Shown piece after piece: positions 41,200 to 50,764 of a DNA stretch of 64,000 nucleotides (positions within the stretch are counted from its first letter, which is position 1; each line of letters opens with the position of its first letter). A model generated the notes under the pieces. That model saw nothing but the letters and a program-made list of their open reading frames with translations. It ran no database searches and was not told where the DNA came from. The DNA comes from a virus (Duplodnaviria; Caudoviricetes). A program made the position numbers and the translations under genes. The DNA lies in the IMG/VR virus record IMGVR_UViG_3300028832_000112, positions 32,001-96,000 of that record, one strand, 5' to 3'.

Positions 41200-41754
41200 A
41201 TGAGACCGCTATGTGGAAAAGTAATGTGCGACGATGACGACGATGACGTCGTCGATAGATGTTTTGAACGCAGACGCCTTTGGCGTTGGCGTGAATTTGA
41301 CAGTAAATTCTGGGATGAAAGATACCGTCGTAAGATCGAGCTGAAGCTGGATGCCGACGGCAAGCCTATCTACGACGAAGATGCATGGGGAATGTCCATC
41401 GAGACCCAGAAGGAAATCGATGCGTGGAAGTATCCGACGCCGATAGAGATTATCGAAGTCGTTGCGTTCCTTTGTCTGAGAAATATTCCGTACGAGCAAC
41501 AGCATTATGCAGACAGATTCCCTTGGCGAGCGGTTAACAACTGGGGTGATGATACTGGCCGTTACCGCGATTGCCGTAACAAGTACGAGTACAAGGAAGA
41601 AAGACACTGGTGCTGGCTCCGTATTCCGATGCCGGAAATGCTTTCGATGAACGGAATCCAGTTCGACGGTAAGACTTTCACTGTCGGCGCGATGAAGTAT
41701 GAACTTATCGACGTGATGAAGCGTGTCAGCGTGGAATGCGCCGAGTTTTTGTGA
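41200..41754 (+). CDS. hypothetical protein (leaderless)
   Basis: ATG 7 nt after TATATT. Confidence 0.7.
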   Translation: MRPLCGKVMCDDDDDDVVDRCFERRRLWRWREFDSKFWDERYRRKIELKLDADGKPIYDEDAWGMSIETQKEIDAWKYPTPIEIIEVVAFLCLRNIPYEQQHYADRFPWRAVNNWGDDTGRYRDCRNKYEYKEERHWCWLRIPMPEMLSMNGIQFDGKTFTVGAMKYELIDVMKRVSVECAEFL

Positions 41755-41761
41755 GGTAGGT

Positions 41762-42040
41762 ATGGCTCAAGATTCTTATGAATATGCCCATTGTAAGACG
41801 TGCTGCTGGGAGCCGACTGGCTATTGCCCAGTAAGCACGAATTTCGGCTGCGTTATCAAGAATGGCCAGTGTCAAGGCTCTTTGGAAGATATTTCCCAAG
41901 ATATGTCGTATCCACCGTCAGTCCGTAAGAAGGCGGATAGTGAAATGACGAAAGAAACATTCATTGCCCACGGAACCACCTTTTGGGGCGACGGCGAGCC
42001 GTGGGAAATCGCTAAAGACCATGCTAGGGGAAGGTCGTAA
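41762..42040 (+). CDS. small Cys-rich hypothetical protein
   Basis: GAGG SD. Confidence 0.6.
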   Translation: MAQDSYEYAHCKTCCWEPTGYCPVSTNFGCVIKNGQCQGSLEDISQDMSYPPSVRKKADSEMTKETFIAHGTTFWGDGEPWEIAKDHARGRS

Positions 42041-42258
42041 TGCTTTACAGAGAATTTCATTCCTATACAGGAGAGCTTCACAACATCGTGGCTGTGGACG
42101 AAGCCGACATGCACAAGCAGATGATGCTTATTGACCGCATGGAAGGATGTCCGGACGAAAAGAATCGATGGATCGAGTGCTACAACGAAGACATGAAGCT
42201 GAAGAACCGAATTGCGCGGTCGATGAGGGCCGTCATGGATAGAATATGTCTAAGATAG
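42040..42258 (+). CDS. small hypothetical protein
   Basis: TAATG coupling. Confidence 0.6.
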   Translation: MLYREFHSYTGELHNIVAVDEADMHKQMMLIDRMEGCPDEKNRWIECYNEDMKLKNRIARSMRAVMDRICLR

Positions 42259-43391
42259 AATCCGAAGTGCTCCCTTGGGAGACCATCCGTGAACGAATCT
42301 ACGGTTCGTTGACAAATCCGGTAGGCTACAGACTGTTGGCCGACCTCTACGCTAACTTGCCGAAGTATTTCGACGAGACGAAGCTTCAAGAAATGCTCGA
42401 CAATATGCCGTGGAAGCCGCACAACGAACTCCTTGCCGGAAAGCTGACCGACCGCTTGCTCGACTTGCTGGGTGCAGCGAAAGAATACACGGTAAGAGAC
42501 CCTTGGTACAGCGTTCTTTCCGTAAAGCTCGTGCTTCCTAGCAAGTGCCAAGCGAATTGCGCCTTCTGCTACAACAAGCACGGCGTCTATGGTCGACAAG
42601 TCGCAAGCACCGTCGATTACACGGCCATGGTGAACACATTGCTTGCCGTGTTGCGTATTGCAATGGGCCGTCCGATCAGTGTCGAGATTACTGGAGGCGA
42701 GCCGACGTCCGAACCGTATATTCTGGACAAACTTCTGGATAAGATGGTCATGGGCGGCATCACCAGAAATGACCAAGTCAAGCGCATCACCATGACTTCC
42801 AACGGATATCATCTGTACGAATGCATGAGTGGACTTGCTGGCAGGGTGAAGTACGTGAACCTTTCCTTGCACTCTACCGACTTCGAGGAACGCACGAAAA
42901 TTTTCGGCACGAGGAGCATCCCCAACAACGAGGAAATCGTCATCTTGACCGAGGAAGCTGCAAGGGAAGGCATCGACATGTCCGGCGTGTTTGTCGTGGA
43001 CGACTTCTCGATGGATATGGAGAAGTTCGACCGTACGAACGAATGGTGCGAGAAGCACGGCCTCGTGTCCACCCGCTGGCGTTCGAACGTGTTCGAGAAG
43101 AACAAGGTAGGCGTAAAGGAATTTGCCGAGAAGCTTACCGACAATCCTTCGTACAAGCTTGTCGTGTACGAGGAAGCCGTCGACAGCTGCTACGCTATCC
43201 TTACGCGCAACGGATCCCACTTGGTCTACTTACTTGACGGCGTGGAAGACGCTACCCAGACTTCGCTTGGCGTGTCTGTCGTTATCCGTGGCGACGGCAA
43301 GATGTTCCACGACGCTTCTTGCCGCATGCCAGTGCTTAATTGGGGGCAGACCGGGTTCTTGCCCTTGAAGTATGTTTACGACAAGAAATAA
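42246..43391 (+). CDS. radical SAM protein
   Basis: CQANCAFC, ITGGEPT, TSNG, VNLSLH. Confidence 0.9.
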   Translation: MSKIESEVLPWETIRERIYGSLTNPVGYRLLADLYANLPKYFDETKLQEMLDNMPWKPHNELLAGKLTDRLLDLLGAAKEYTVRDPWYSVLSVKLVLPSKCQANCAFCYNKHGVYGRQVASTVDYTAMVNTLLAVLRIAMGRPISVEITGGEPTSEPYILDKLLDKMVMGGITRNDQVKRITMTSNGYHLYECMSGLAGRVKYVNLSLHSTDFEERTKIFGTRSIPNNEEIVILTEEAAREGIDMSGVFVVDDFSMDMEKFDRTNEWCEKHGLVSTRWRSNVFEKNKVGVKEFAEKLTDNPSYKLVVYEEAVDSCYAILTRNGSHLVYLLDGVEDATQTSLGVSVVIRGDGKMFHDASCRMPVLNWGQTGFLPLKYVYDKK

Positions 43392-43402
43392 AGGACACAA
43401 CA

Positions 43403-43909
43403 ATGATTACACCCAAATTCTTTGAAAGCTACTGTAACAAGCTCTTTGATGACAACTGCGACATCAAGACTGAACAGAGCTATCCCATGGAACTTCTCAT
43501 CAGGTGCTACTACAAGGGTCGCTTGGTGGCCAGACTTCGCGTCCGTAACAACATGACGACCGAAGTCAGTGTCTACACGCCAGACCAGTGTTCTACGGAT
43601 ACGAGGTTCAAGTGGCGATTTAAGCATTTGCTGAAGAAGTACACCTATGTTGATCGTCACAAGATTGAAGTCATCAAGGAAATTACCAAGATGGTCAATT
43701 CCAAGTTCTACGCCCACTCGGACGACATCTGGGAACTCATTGACCAAATTACGGACGACGTATTCGCGATCGATGTTAGTGGCATTGGAGAACGCCTTAT
43801 GGACAAGGCCGACCTTCTTCGCTACGGATCAATCAAGTGGCGTTCAAAGACACATGAACAAGATCCCCAACCGACCAAGGATGCTGACAATGCCAAAACT
43901 GATGATTAA
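43403..43909 (+). CDS. hypothetical protein
   Basis: AAGGA SD. Confidence 0.7.
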   Translation: MITPKFFESYCNKLFDDNCDIKTEQSYPMELLIRCYYKGRLVARLRVRNNMTTEVSVYTPDQCSTDTRFKWRFKHLLKKYTYVDRHKIEVIKEITKMVNSKFYAHSDDIWELIDQITDDVFAIDVSGIGERLMDKADLLRYGSIKWRSKTHEQDPQPTKDADNAKTDD

Positions 43910-44840
43910 CGGAAAGAAGGCAAGCCGCAGTCTGAAGCGCAAGTGGACGATTTACCAGCTGACTCACAAGTGGACTGTCGAGGAATGGCTGTACCGTCTG
44001 CAGCTTGTCCAGTACAATCTCACGGAACGCAAGGGAATCTATTATTACGGAAAGGAAAGCGTCGAGGTGACGTTCCGCCGTTTCTACTACCACGGATTCC
44101 TCATCGCCGAGTTTGCTGTGTGGAATCCGGAGAACGTGATGCTGACGAAGCTGAACCGCGTTCGCTGTTCGTTCTTCGGGTGCAAGGATCCGACCAACAA
44201 CGAATTTCCATGCAGAGGCATCTATGGCCAGCAGATTCTGGACTTGACCTACTGGTATGAAATGGAGCTGGTGTGCGGTTGCGAGAAGGAACCGAACTTC
44301 CCTCAGCATTGGAAGAAGGGAACCCTTGGCTGGCTCCTTATTCGAACAAACGAGGCTGTAGACAGGTTCATTTGTTCGGTTCACCAGTCCATGATGCTTG
44401 CCGAGTTCCACGACTTCGACACGAAGAAGCATTCGTACACTGCCGATCTTTACTGGAGCAGCTGGAAGATTCTACGTGACTCGCTCAAGCGCCCGGTATG
44501 GGCTAACCACTTGATCCGCAGCATGGAGAAGACCAGCTTGAAGGACAAGTTCTACAAGCACTACCATGCATGGCACGACCGTTATGCCGTGTCCGCTACG
44601 ATGAAGTTCGATGGAGACCCAGATTTCGATGCGATAGTAAAGATGGACGAGGCTGCTGTTCCGTTCATCTACAAGATCATCAAGGAGAAACCGGATCCCA
44701 TCGTGAGGGTCTTGGACGTTATCTACAAGGGCACCGTGACGTACGAGGGTACGGTTTCGCTGAAGGACGTATGCTCCGCGTGGGAGACCTTGCTGCCGCT
44801 CTGTAGCAACGTGATTCCAAGAACAGAAAAGCCAGCTTAA
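43890..44840 (+). CDS. hypothetical protein (start uncertain: 43854 or 43890)
   Basis: long ORF, codon usage. Confidence 0.7.
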   Translation: MPKLMINGKKASRSLKRKWTIYQLTHKWTVEEWLYRLQLVQYNLTERKGIYYYGKESVEVTFRRFYYHGFLIAEFAVWNPENVMLTKLNRVRCSFFGCKDPTNNEFPCRGIYGQQILDLTYWYEMELVCGCEKEPNFPQHWKKGTLGWLLIRTNEAVDRFICSVHQSMMLAEFHDFDTKKHSYTADLYWSSWKILRDSLKRPVWANHLIRSMEKTSLKDKFYKHYHAWHDRYAVSATMKFDGDPDFDAIVKMDEAAVPFIYKIIKEKPDPIVRVLDVIYKGTVTYEGTVSLKDVCSAWETLLPLCSNVIPRTEKPA

Positions 44841-44854
44841 AGCTGGCTTTTTTT
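44827..44854. terminator. bidirectional terminator
   Basis: AAAAGCCAGCTT-a-AAGCTGGCTTTT. Confidence 0.8.
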
Positions 44855-44929
44855 ATTCTGTCTTTAACCGCGATTCAAGTCCTTTTATGTGCTTAAAGGC
44901 GTATTCGGCGATTTCGGTGGTAAGGCTCA

Positions 44930-45556
44930 TTACGCCTCCTTGGCTTGCGGCGGAGGATTGCGCTCTTCGTCCGGCAGAAGGGCGAGATACTTGTCCTCGT
45001 AGTAACGTTTCCAGTAGTTCGATTTGGCCAGTTCTTCACGCAACGTACAGTCCAAGTTGAGGTCGAACGAGAATGCCCCGGTCTCCTTGTTGCCCATCAT
45101 TGACTTTACGAAGCCAGCATCGTAGAGCCGCTGGAATTCCTTTTCCACGCACTTTTCGGTCATCTGCTTGTATCGACGGAGCTGCGCCAGTTCTCTCAGC
45201 AAATCCGGTGCTACGATTTCCTTGCTGTTGTCGAATTTCCAGCTCCAGTAGAGGTTGTTCACAAGGCGCTTGTACTGTCCGTTGAGGTGGCCGCTTGTCA
45301 TTGCCGTCCAGTCGCAGAAGGACGGATACGCAGCCATCGGAATAGCGTTTTCGGCCAGCGTTTTCACGCCAAGGGTATCGTCTTCCTCGACGGTTCCGAT
45401 TACATAGGCGTGTCCACGTCCTACTTGCTTCGGATACAACGCAATAGCGTCATCTGGGGTTTCGGCGTCGATGAGTTTAGGGCATTCGAGTTCGGGGATT
45501 TCGGCTTCGTAGACGGCGAAGTATCCCCATGCGACTAAGTAGTGCTTCGTATTCAT
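44930..45556 (-). CDS. hypothetical protein
   Basis: AAGGA SD before ATG 45556. Confidence 0.7.
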   Translation of the reverse strand: MNTKHYLVAWGYFAVYEAEIPELECPKLIDAETPDDAIALYPKQVGRGHAYVIGTVEEDDTLGVKTLAENAIPMAAYPSFCDWTAMTSGHLNGQYKRLVNNLYWSWKFDNSKEIVAPDLLRELAQLRRYKQMTEKCVEKEFQRLYDAGFVKSMMGNKETGAFSFDLNLDCTLREELAKSNYWKRYYEDKYLALLPDEERNPPPQAKEA

Positions 45557-46452
45557 TTGATTTCCTTTCCGGCGAGGAGCTTTTCGCTCCATGCGTTGAC
45601 TTCGTTGCCGCGTTCGGTGTGGGTGACATGATCCGAGTTGACATATTCTTCCAGCTTCTGCAAGAGTTCGTCTTCCATCTTCAGTACGCCGTCGGCCAGC
45701 GAGGCGATCCATACATGGAACGGAGTGCATGTTGCATCGGCGTACAGCAACATTTTCATGTTCGGATAGTCGTGCTTTCCGTTGGTCTCGGTGAGCACGA
45801 GGCCCATATCGTCCTTGTCAGAGTATCGCTTTCCGTGAATATAATTATGACGATACGGAAATTCTACGGCTGCGATATAGTCTGGATGGTTGTCCGAGTA
45901 GATATAGATGGTGAAGTCGCAGTTGGCGATGCCTTCGTATTCATCCTTGTACATCGATTCGGGGACATTCCAGATGCGTTCCTTCATTTCGACGTGGGCG
46001 TCTGTGAGGTGCATCTTGAGGACATAGTAGTCCGGCTTTGTCGGTTCGATAATCTTACCGAAAGTCTTGAACGGATGCCTAAAGGAAAATCCGGATGTGG
46101 TTTCATTGATCATGTAGCGTAGGCCACTGTACTTGTTTTCATAGAAGCTGGCATAAGGTTTCATCGCATCGGCAAGCATCTTGCTGGTCGTCTCGTCAAA
46201 GCGGGTCGGTTCGGTTGAATATGAGAATCTGCGGAGACGGTCTAGCATCAGAGATTGTTCGAATTCTTTTACGAACGGGTTGCCGTCGCTCAGATCATCG
46301 GAATGCTCCTTGACCAGCGCGAGAATCTTGTTGCGCGTGGGTGTCGGGTTCCACAGCTGCTTGCGCCAGATGGTTTCTGCTTTATTGAATGCGTCGGCGT
46401 ATTCGCTGCGCTGGCATTGTGCATAGTATTCTGCAAACGGATTGCTACTCAA
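45553..46452 (-). CDS. hypothetical protein
   Basis: GAGG SD before TTG start. Confidence 0.75.
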   Translation of the reverse strand: MSSNPFAEYYAQCQRSEYADAFNKAETIWRKQLWNPTPTRNKILALVKEHSDDLSDGNPFVKEFEQSLMLDRLRRFSYSTEPTRFDETTSKMLADAMKPYASFYENKYSGLRYMINETTSGFSFRHPFKTFGKIIEPTKPDYYVLKMHLTDAHVEMKERIWNVPESMYKDEYEGIANCDFTIYIYSDNHPDYIAAVEFPYRHNYIHGKRYSDKDDMGLVLTETNGKHDYPNMKMLLYADATCTPFHVWIASLADGVLKMEDELLQKLEEYVNSDHVTHTERGNEVNAWSEKLLAGKEIK

Positions 46453-46530
46453 TTTCTACCTCTTGGTTGTTGGTTCGATGGGCTTAATATAACTTTTAAA
46501 TTGAGTTGTGTCAAGAGATATTTTAAAAAT

Positions 46531-47004
46531 TTATCGATAAAGACAGAGTCGCGACGTACCCAGTGCGTTCAGCACGAGCTTGCTGTCGAGTTCCAGCTGT
46601 TTGATGCGCTTGTCCAGTTCCTTCTTCTGGGCCTTGTATGCCCTGATGAACGGCTGGATTTCCTTCATCGGTATCTGTCTGTAGATGTAGACCGTGGCGT
46701 CCGTGCTGCTGCCTACCGAGACTGTCTTGCAGCAGTCCACGCCAGTCGTGTACATGCGGTCTCCGCTGAACTCGTATCGGACGATGTGGTCGACGTCGAG
46801 TACGAGTTCTCCTTTGTCCGAGAGAAATGCTAGGCTAGGCTTGACGATGGTGTAGGTGTTCCACGACGCCGTGTCGTCTCTCCAGTGTTCCACGATTTTG
46901 ACGAAACAGGGGTCTGCGTGGGCGATGGCCTCGGCGATGGTCGCCATCGGTTTATTGTCGCCTTGGCTGATTTCAAATGTTGCTAAAAGGTTTCTGTTTT
47001 TCAT
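46531..47004 (-). CDS. hypothetical protein (leaderless)
   Basis: ATG 7 nt after reverse TATATT. Confidence 0.7.
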   Translation of the reverse strand: MKNRNLLATFEISQGDNKPMATIAEAIAHADPCFVKIVEHWRDDTASWNTYTIVKPSLAFLSDKGELVLDVDHIVRYEFSGDRMYTTGVDCCKTVSVGSSTDATVYIYRQIPMKEIQPFIRAYKAQKKELDKRIKQLELDSKLVLNALGTSRLCLYR

Positions 47005-47011
47005 GCTGTCC

Positions 47012-47054
47012 AATATAGCAAAAGTTTGACACCGCGTCAGCGCTTTGCTATATT
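47012..47054. promoter_or_regulatory. interlocked divergent early promoters
   Basis: TTGACA-N17-TATATT (+), CTGACG-N17-TATATT (-). Confidence 0.82.
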
Positions 47055-47061
47055 TAGCACT

Positions 47062-47601
47062 ATGATAATCGACAACTTAATAGACCAGATGGTCAAGTTG
47101 CGCAAGGCGTACGGCCCTATCGAAGTGGACTTCTGCGATACGCAATGCTTCGGCGCTCTGCACGACCAGGTGGCAATCCGCATTGATGAATTTGGCGACG
47201 TCCTCGCCGTCCTCCAGTCCGCTTACCGCAAGAAGAAGTACAAGTTCAACAAGGTCATGCAGAATGACTCGTGGCTCCAGTTCAAGGAACCGAATACCAG
47301 CGACAAGGAAGCCAAGCGACGCTGGGCGGAAGCCGGAAAGCCGAGCAAGATGCATCCGGTCGTCATCAAGGACTCCGTTGACACTAGACCTCTGATTGGC
47401 TATGCGGTTATCTGGGGACAGTACAGCCTCAACTTGAACCGTTTCGAGACAACGGAAGTGTATATGGAGTCTCGGAACACTGGCGAGGATCTGCTGAATG
47501 ACGCTCACAACACGATTCCCCGTATTTGCTGTGGATGGAAGTTCATCAACTTGGTCAACCTCGGCGAAGTGAAGGTAGGCAATGAAAAGACAAGCGATTA
47601 A
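47062..47601 (+). CDS. hypothetical protein (leaderless)
   Basis: ATG 7 nt after TATATT. Confidence 0.7.
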   Translation: MIIDNLIDQMVKLRKAYGPIEVDFCDTQCFGALHDQVAIRIDEFGDVLAVLQSAYRKKKYKFNKVMQNDSWLQFKEPNTSDKEAKRRWAEAGKPSKMHPVVIKDSVDTRPLIGYAVIWGQYSLNLNRFETTEVYMESRNTGEDLLNDAHNTIPRICCGWKFINLVNLGEVKVGNEKTSD

Positions 47602-48061
47602 GATTTTCTCGCGAGACGACTTTAAGTTCGTCCAGTCCGCTGCGAATAAGTTCCTTGAGTCGATCAGTCCGGAAGACGTCGTATCGATAACCAATACTCA
47701 AGTAGACCACGACATGCGAGGAACTGGGCTGCGCTCGCAAGACTTCTATGTTATCTACACGATAACGATAGTTTACATGTACGACTACACACAAGCTAAA
47801 ATCGAAGAGGAAATCAACGCGCTTAATGCGACCATCGCCAAGCTTGTGAATGACGCCGAATCGACCAGCTGCGACCGAATCTATCTCGGTGAGTATGAAC
47901 GTTTCTTGCCAGTGAAGCTCGTCTGGGGAGCGTCGAAGGTAGATGTCATCAACAACGTGTTCGAGACTGAGGAATACAAGACGCTGCGGCAAGAAATCGT
48001 GGACAAGTGGTACGCCAAGGATACCGACTACAACAAGACGTTTGTCGCCGAGGAGGATTAG
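47582..48061 (+). CDS. hypothetical protein
   Basis: operon context. Confidence 0.7.
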   Translation: MKRQAIKIFSRDDFKFVQSAANKFLESISPEDVVSITNTQVDHDMRGTGLRSQDFYVIYTITIVYMYDYTQAKIEEEINALNATIAKLVNDAESTSCDRIYLGEYERFLPVKLVWGASKVDVINNVFETEEYKTLRQEIVDKWYAKDTDYNKTFVAEED

Positions 48062-48064
48062 GTT

Positions 48065-48436
48065 ATGAATTATCAGTCATTCCGGACTTGCGTCCGTTCG
48101 TATTTTCCAAACATCCGTTTTTATGACAACCTAATTTATCTGTTTCCGAACGATCTTACCAAGTGTCGCGGCAATAGCGACGTCCTCATACAGCTTTGCA
48201 AGGAATTCAATCTTCCGTATGATCGCATCTTGATTAAGAATTTCTGGAAGTCGCAGAACCTCGTGATCGGATATACCGACTGGACGAACGCTTGGGAGAC
48301 CGAAGAGCATGGCGGTGCCGACTACAGCTATTCATTCAGTGGGAATACCCACGTGCTGGAGGTCGAAGAACGGTTGCTCCGCCTATTGAAGCTGGCACAC
48401 GATTCAAACTGCTTCCACTACAACAAGGTTAAGTGA
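48065..48436 (+). CDS. hypothetical protein
   Basis: operon context. Confidence 0.65.
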   Translation: MNYQSFRTCVRSYFPNIRFYDNLIYLFPNDLTKCRGNSDVLIQLCKEFNLPYDRILIKNFWKSQNLVIGYTDWTNAWETEEHGGADYSYSFSGNTHVLEVEERLLRLLKLAHDSNCFHYNKVK

Positions 48437-49185
48437 TGAAATACGTCGGCATTACAGAGACTTATGACCCGTGCTTCGTTCCGGACTGGGAGACCAGACT
48501 CCTCGAAGCCAACGTCGTCATATCCAAGGAGCTATCGGATGAGATGGTCGAAAAGCTCCTTATCGTACAGAACCGGGTGATATTCCATCACACGGTCACT
48601 GGACAAGGCGGTTCCGTGTTGGAACCCAATGTCAAGACGCCAGAACACGAATTCGACCAGTTCAAGAAACTCGTCGAACGTGGGTTCGACACCACGCACT
48701 ACGTCCTCCGTCTGGATCCGATCGTTCTGCTGAACAAGGAATGCCAGGACAACATATACAAGGTTCTTGATATGTGGAGCGGCTACGCAAAGGAGCATGG
48801 GATTGTGCTCCGATGCCGCGTATCGGTAGTCGACTTGTATCCTCATGCGGTGGATCGCATGAGGAACAAGGGCGTTACCCTTCTGTGGAAGAGTTTCAAG
48901 GCTCCGAAGGCGGTGTTCCACCGTACCGAGTCCATCCTTGGCAAGTACACGGAATGGTTCCACTTCGAGAGCTGCGCCGAGACCGACTTTACCGCCGACT
49001 TCATCGACAAGATGGGATGCGTGAGCTACAAGGACTTGCGTCTGCTTAACATCAAGGACGCCCAGTACACTGCACCGCTTACGAAGCAGCGAGAAAATTG
49101 CATGTGCTTGGCGAAGCGCCAGATTCTTGGCATACGTCCTCGACGTTGTCCGCACGGATGCCTTTACTGTTTTTGGGAGGATTGA
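48433..49185 (+). CDS. DUF1848-like radical-SAM-related protein
   Basis: TVTG.G..VLEPNV, RLDPI, ESCAE, QRENCMC, C-terminal CPHGCLYC. Confidence 0.8.
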   Translation: MMKYVGITETYDPCFVPDWETRLLEANVVISKELSDEMVEKLLIVQNRVIFHHTVTGQGGSVLEPNVKTPEHEFDQFKKLVERGFDTTHYVLRLDPIVLLNKECQDNIYKVLDMWSGYAKEHGIVLRCRVSVVDLYPHAVDRMRNKGVTLLWKSFKAPKAVFHRTESILGKYTEWFHFESCAETDFTADFIDKMGCVSYKDLRLLNIKDAQYTAPLTKQRENCMCLAKRQILGIRPRRCPHGCLYCFWED

Positions 49186-49188
49186 CCC

Positions 49189-49464
49189 ATGATGCTCTAT
49201 TACCTTGTCAACAGCGTGGAGACCAAGAACCACAAGTATTTCCGCAACGGAAGCGATATGGGCGGCGAACGATATGACGGAACCAACCGTCTTCTCGACG
49301 CTCGCTTCTTTACTTCGGAGGACGAAGCCAAGTCCTATATCAAGACGGCCAACAGCTGGTGGACGAAGTACGACTTCCACGTATGCACCATCACGTCGGA
49401 CGAGCTGATGGACTTGATGGTGGCACAGAAACTGAAATCATTTATCTTATCGGACATGTGCTAG
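49189..49464 (+). CDS. small hypothetical protein
   Basis: GGAGG SD. Confidence 0.65.
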   Translation: MMLYYLVNSVETKNHKYFRNGSDMGGERYDGTNRLLDARFFTSEDEAKSYIKTANSWWTKYDFHVCTITSDELMDLMVAQKLKSFILSDMC

Positions 49465-49467
49465 ACT

Positions 49468-49740
49468 ATGATCATTCGTTTGTTTGACTACGAACTGCGT
49501 ATAAACGTGTCTCTCGTTAATACGAAGGCCAAGCTGTATTACATCCGCGCCACTTGGACGGACGGCACTGTCGGCTATTACGGCATCGGGCAGAACGTCA
49601 AGGGCGACATCTGGTATCCGGTATGCAACAAGCAGTATGCCATGTGCTATTACCGCAAGGAAGCCAAGAAGCAGCTGAAGATGCTGCGCTATCTGTTCCG
49701 CAAGGATACTTCGATGTCGCTTGCCTTAGAGGAAGTATGA
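49468..49740 (+). CDS. small hypothetical protein
   Basis: operon context. Confidence 0.6.
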   Translation: MIIRLFDYELRINVSLVNTKAKLYYIRATWTDGTVGYYGIGQNVKGDIWYPVCNKQYAMCYYRKEAKKQLKMLRYLFRKDTSMSLALEEV

Positions 49741-50147
49741 AGTACGAATTTATCTTCAAGGTGTTCAAGGACTACTACTGTTCCAAGTACGTCCATTCGC
49801 ATCTTGTAGGCTACTTCAGGAGCGAAGCCTCTGCCGATCGAGAAATTTCCTATCTGAAAAAGCACGAGTTCGAACTCGGTCACCGGGTCGAGTATCGTAT
49901 TGAAAAGGAATCGGCTACTCTGTATCCGAACATGGTGGCCGACTGGGAGGCGGAAGACCGCGAGGCAGAACTAGAAGAACAACGTGCATTCGCTCCTATT
50001 CCGCTTCCGAGAGTACGCAAGCGGTTTCCGTCCTTGCTGGCACAGTCGGCAATGGAATTCAATATCGAGGAGTTCCATCAAAAAACGGCGAACAACATGA
50101 TGTCGTTCGTCCGTTCAATGCAAAAGCATCGCCGTCACCGCCGCTAG
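49737..50147 (+). CDS. hypothetical protein, paralog of 52378-52935
   Basis: shared GYFRS, ADWE.E.RE and RFP.L motifs. Confidence 0.7.
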   Translation: MKYEFIFKVFKDYYCSKYVHSHLVGYFRSEASADREISYLKKHEFELGHRVEYRIEKESATLYPNMVADWEAEDREAELEEQRAFAPIPLPRVRKRFPSLLAQSAMEFNIEEFHQKTANNMMSFVRSMQKHRRHRR

Positions 50148-50761
50148 CGAAGTATCTCCCGTTTTGTCGTGCTTTCATGTACGAACTTGACCGCTTCCAT
50201 GATGTAGCGAGTATAGACGGGAACTTTATCATTTAGTATCTTCACGACATCATCTTCTTCGAGGACGTCGGCCTTCAGTTCGCTCATTTTTGTCAACGAG
50301 GCCAGCTTGACCTTGTGGTTCTCGCTGCAATTCGCCACGTTTGGCGCAAGCAATCCGGACAGCACGACGGACGGCCCAGAAATGTAGAGCAGCGCGTTGT
50401 AAGGGTCGATCTCGACCGCTTTCACGTAATACGCCGTGCGGACGATTCCTTCATTCACCGCAATCCAGTGCTGCAGAAGATCTCCGCTGATCGCTTGAAG
50501 GATCGGCGGTACACTTTGCTCCAACAGATTCTTGATGTCTTCTGGTTCGACGATCGATTCTTTCTGTTCTTCGCGTAGTTCCTTCATCAGCGTACACATC
50601 GCCGCCGACGGCGACGGAAATGCCGACAGCCGTTCAAGCAGTTCGTTCTTTTCGCAACTGAACGTGCATCGTACATTGTCCTTGAACTGACGGTAAAGTC
50701 GTTCGAAAGCGTCCAGCGCGACGTTGACGTCGTATGACATTAGGTTGAGTGGCGTTTCCAT
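50144..50761 (-). CDS. hypothetical protein
   Basis: operon context. Confidence 0.7.
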   Translation of the reverse strand: METPLNLMSYDVNVALDAFERLYRQFKDNVRCTFSCEKNELLERLSAFPSPSAAMCTLMKELREEQKESIVEPEDIKNLLEQSVPPILQAISGDLLQHWIAVNEGIVRTAYYVKAVEIDPYNALLYISGPSVVLSGLLAPNVANCSENHKVKLASLTKMSELKADVLEEDDVVKILNDKVPVYTRYIMEAVKFVHESTTKREILR

Positions 50762-50764
50762 TTA

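Noticed and set aside
44853-44930. 25-aa reverse ORF MSLTTEIAEYAFKHIKGLESRLKTE
   Set aside because: Coupled by TAATG and possibly real, but too short to support without conservation data
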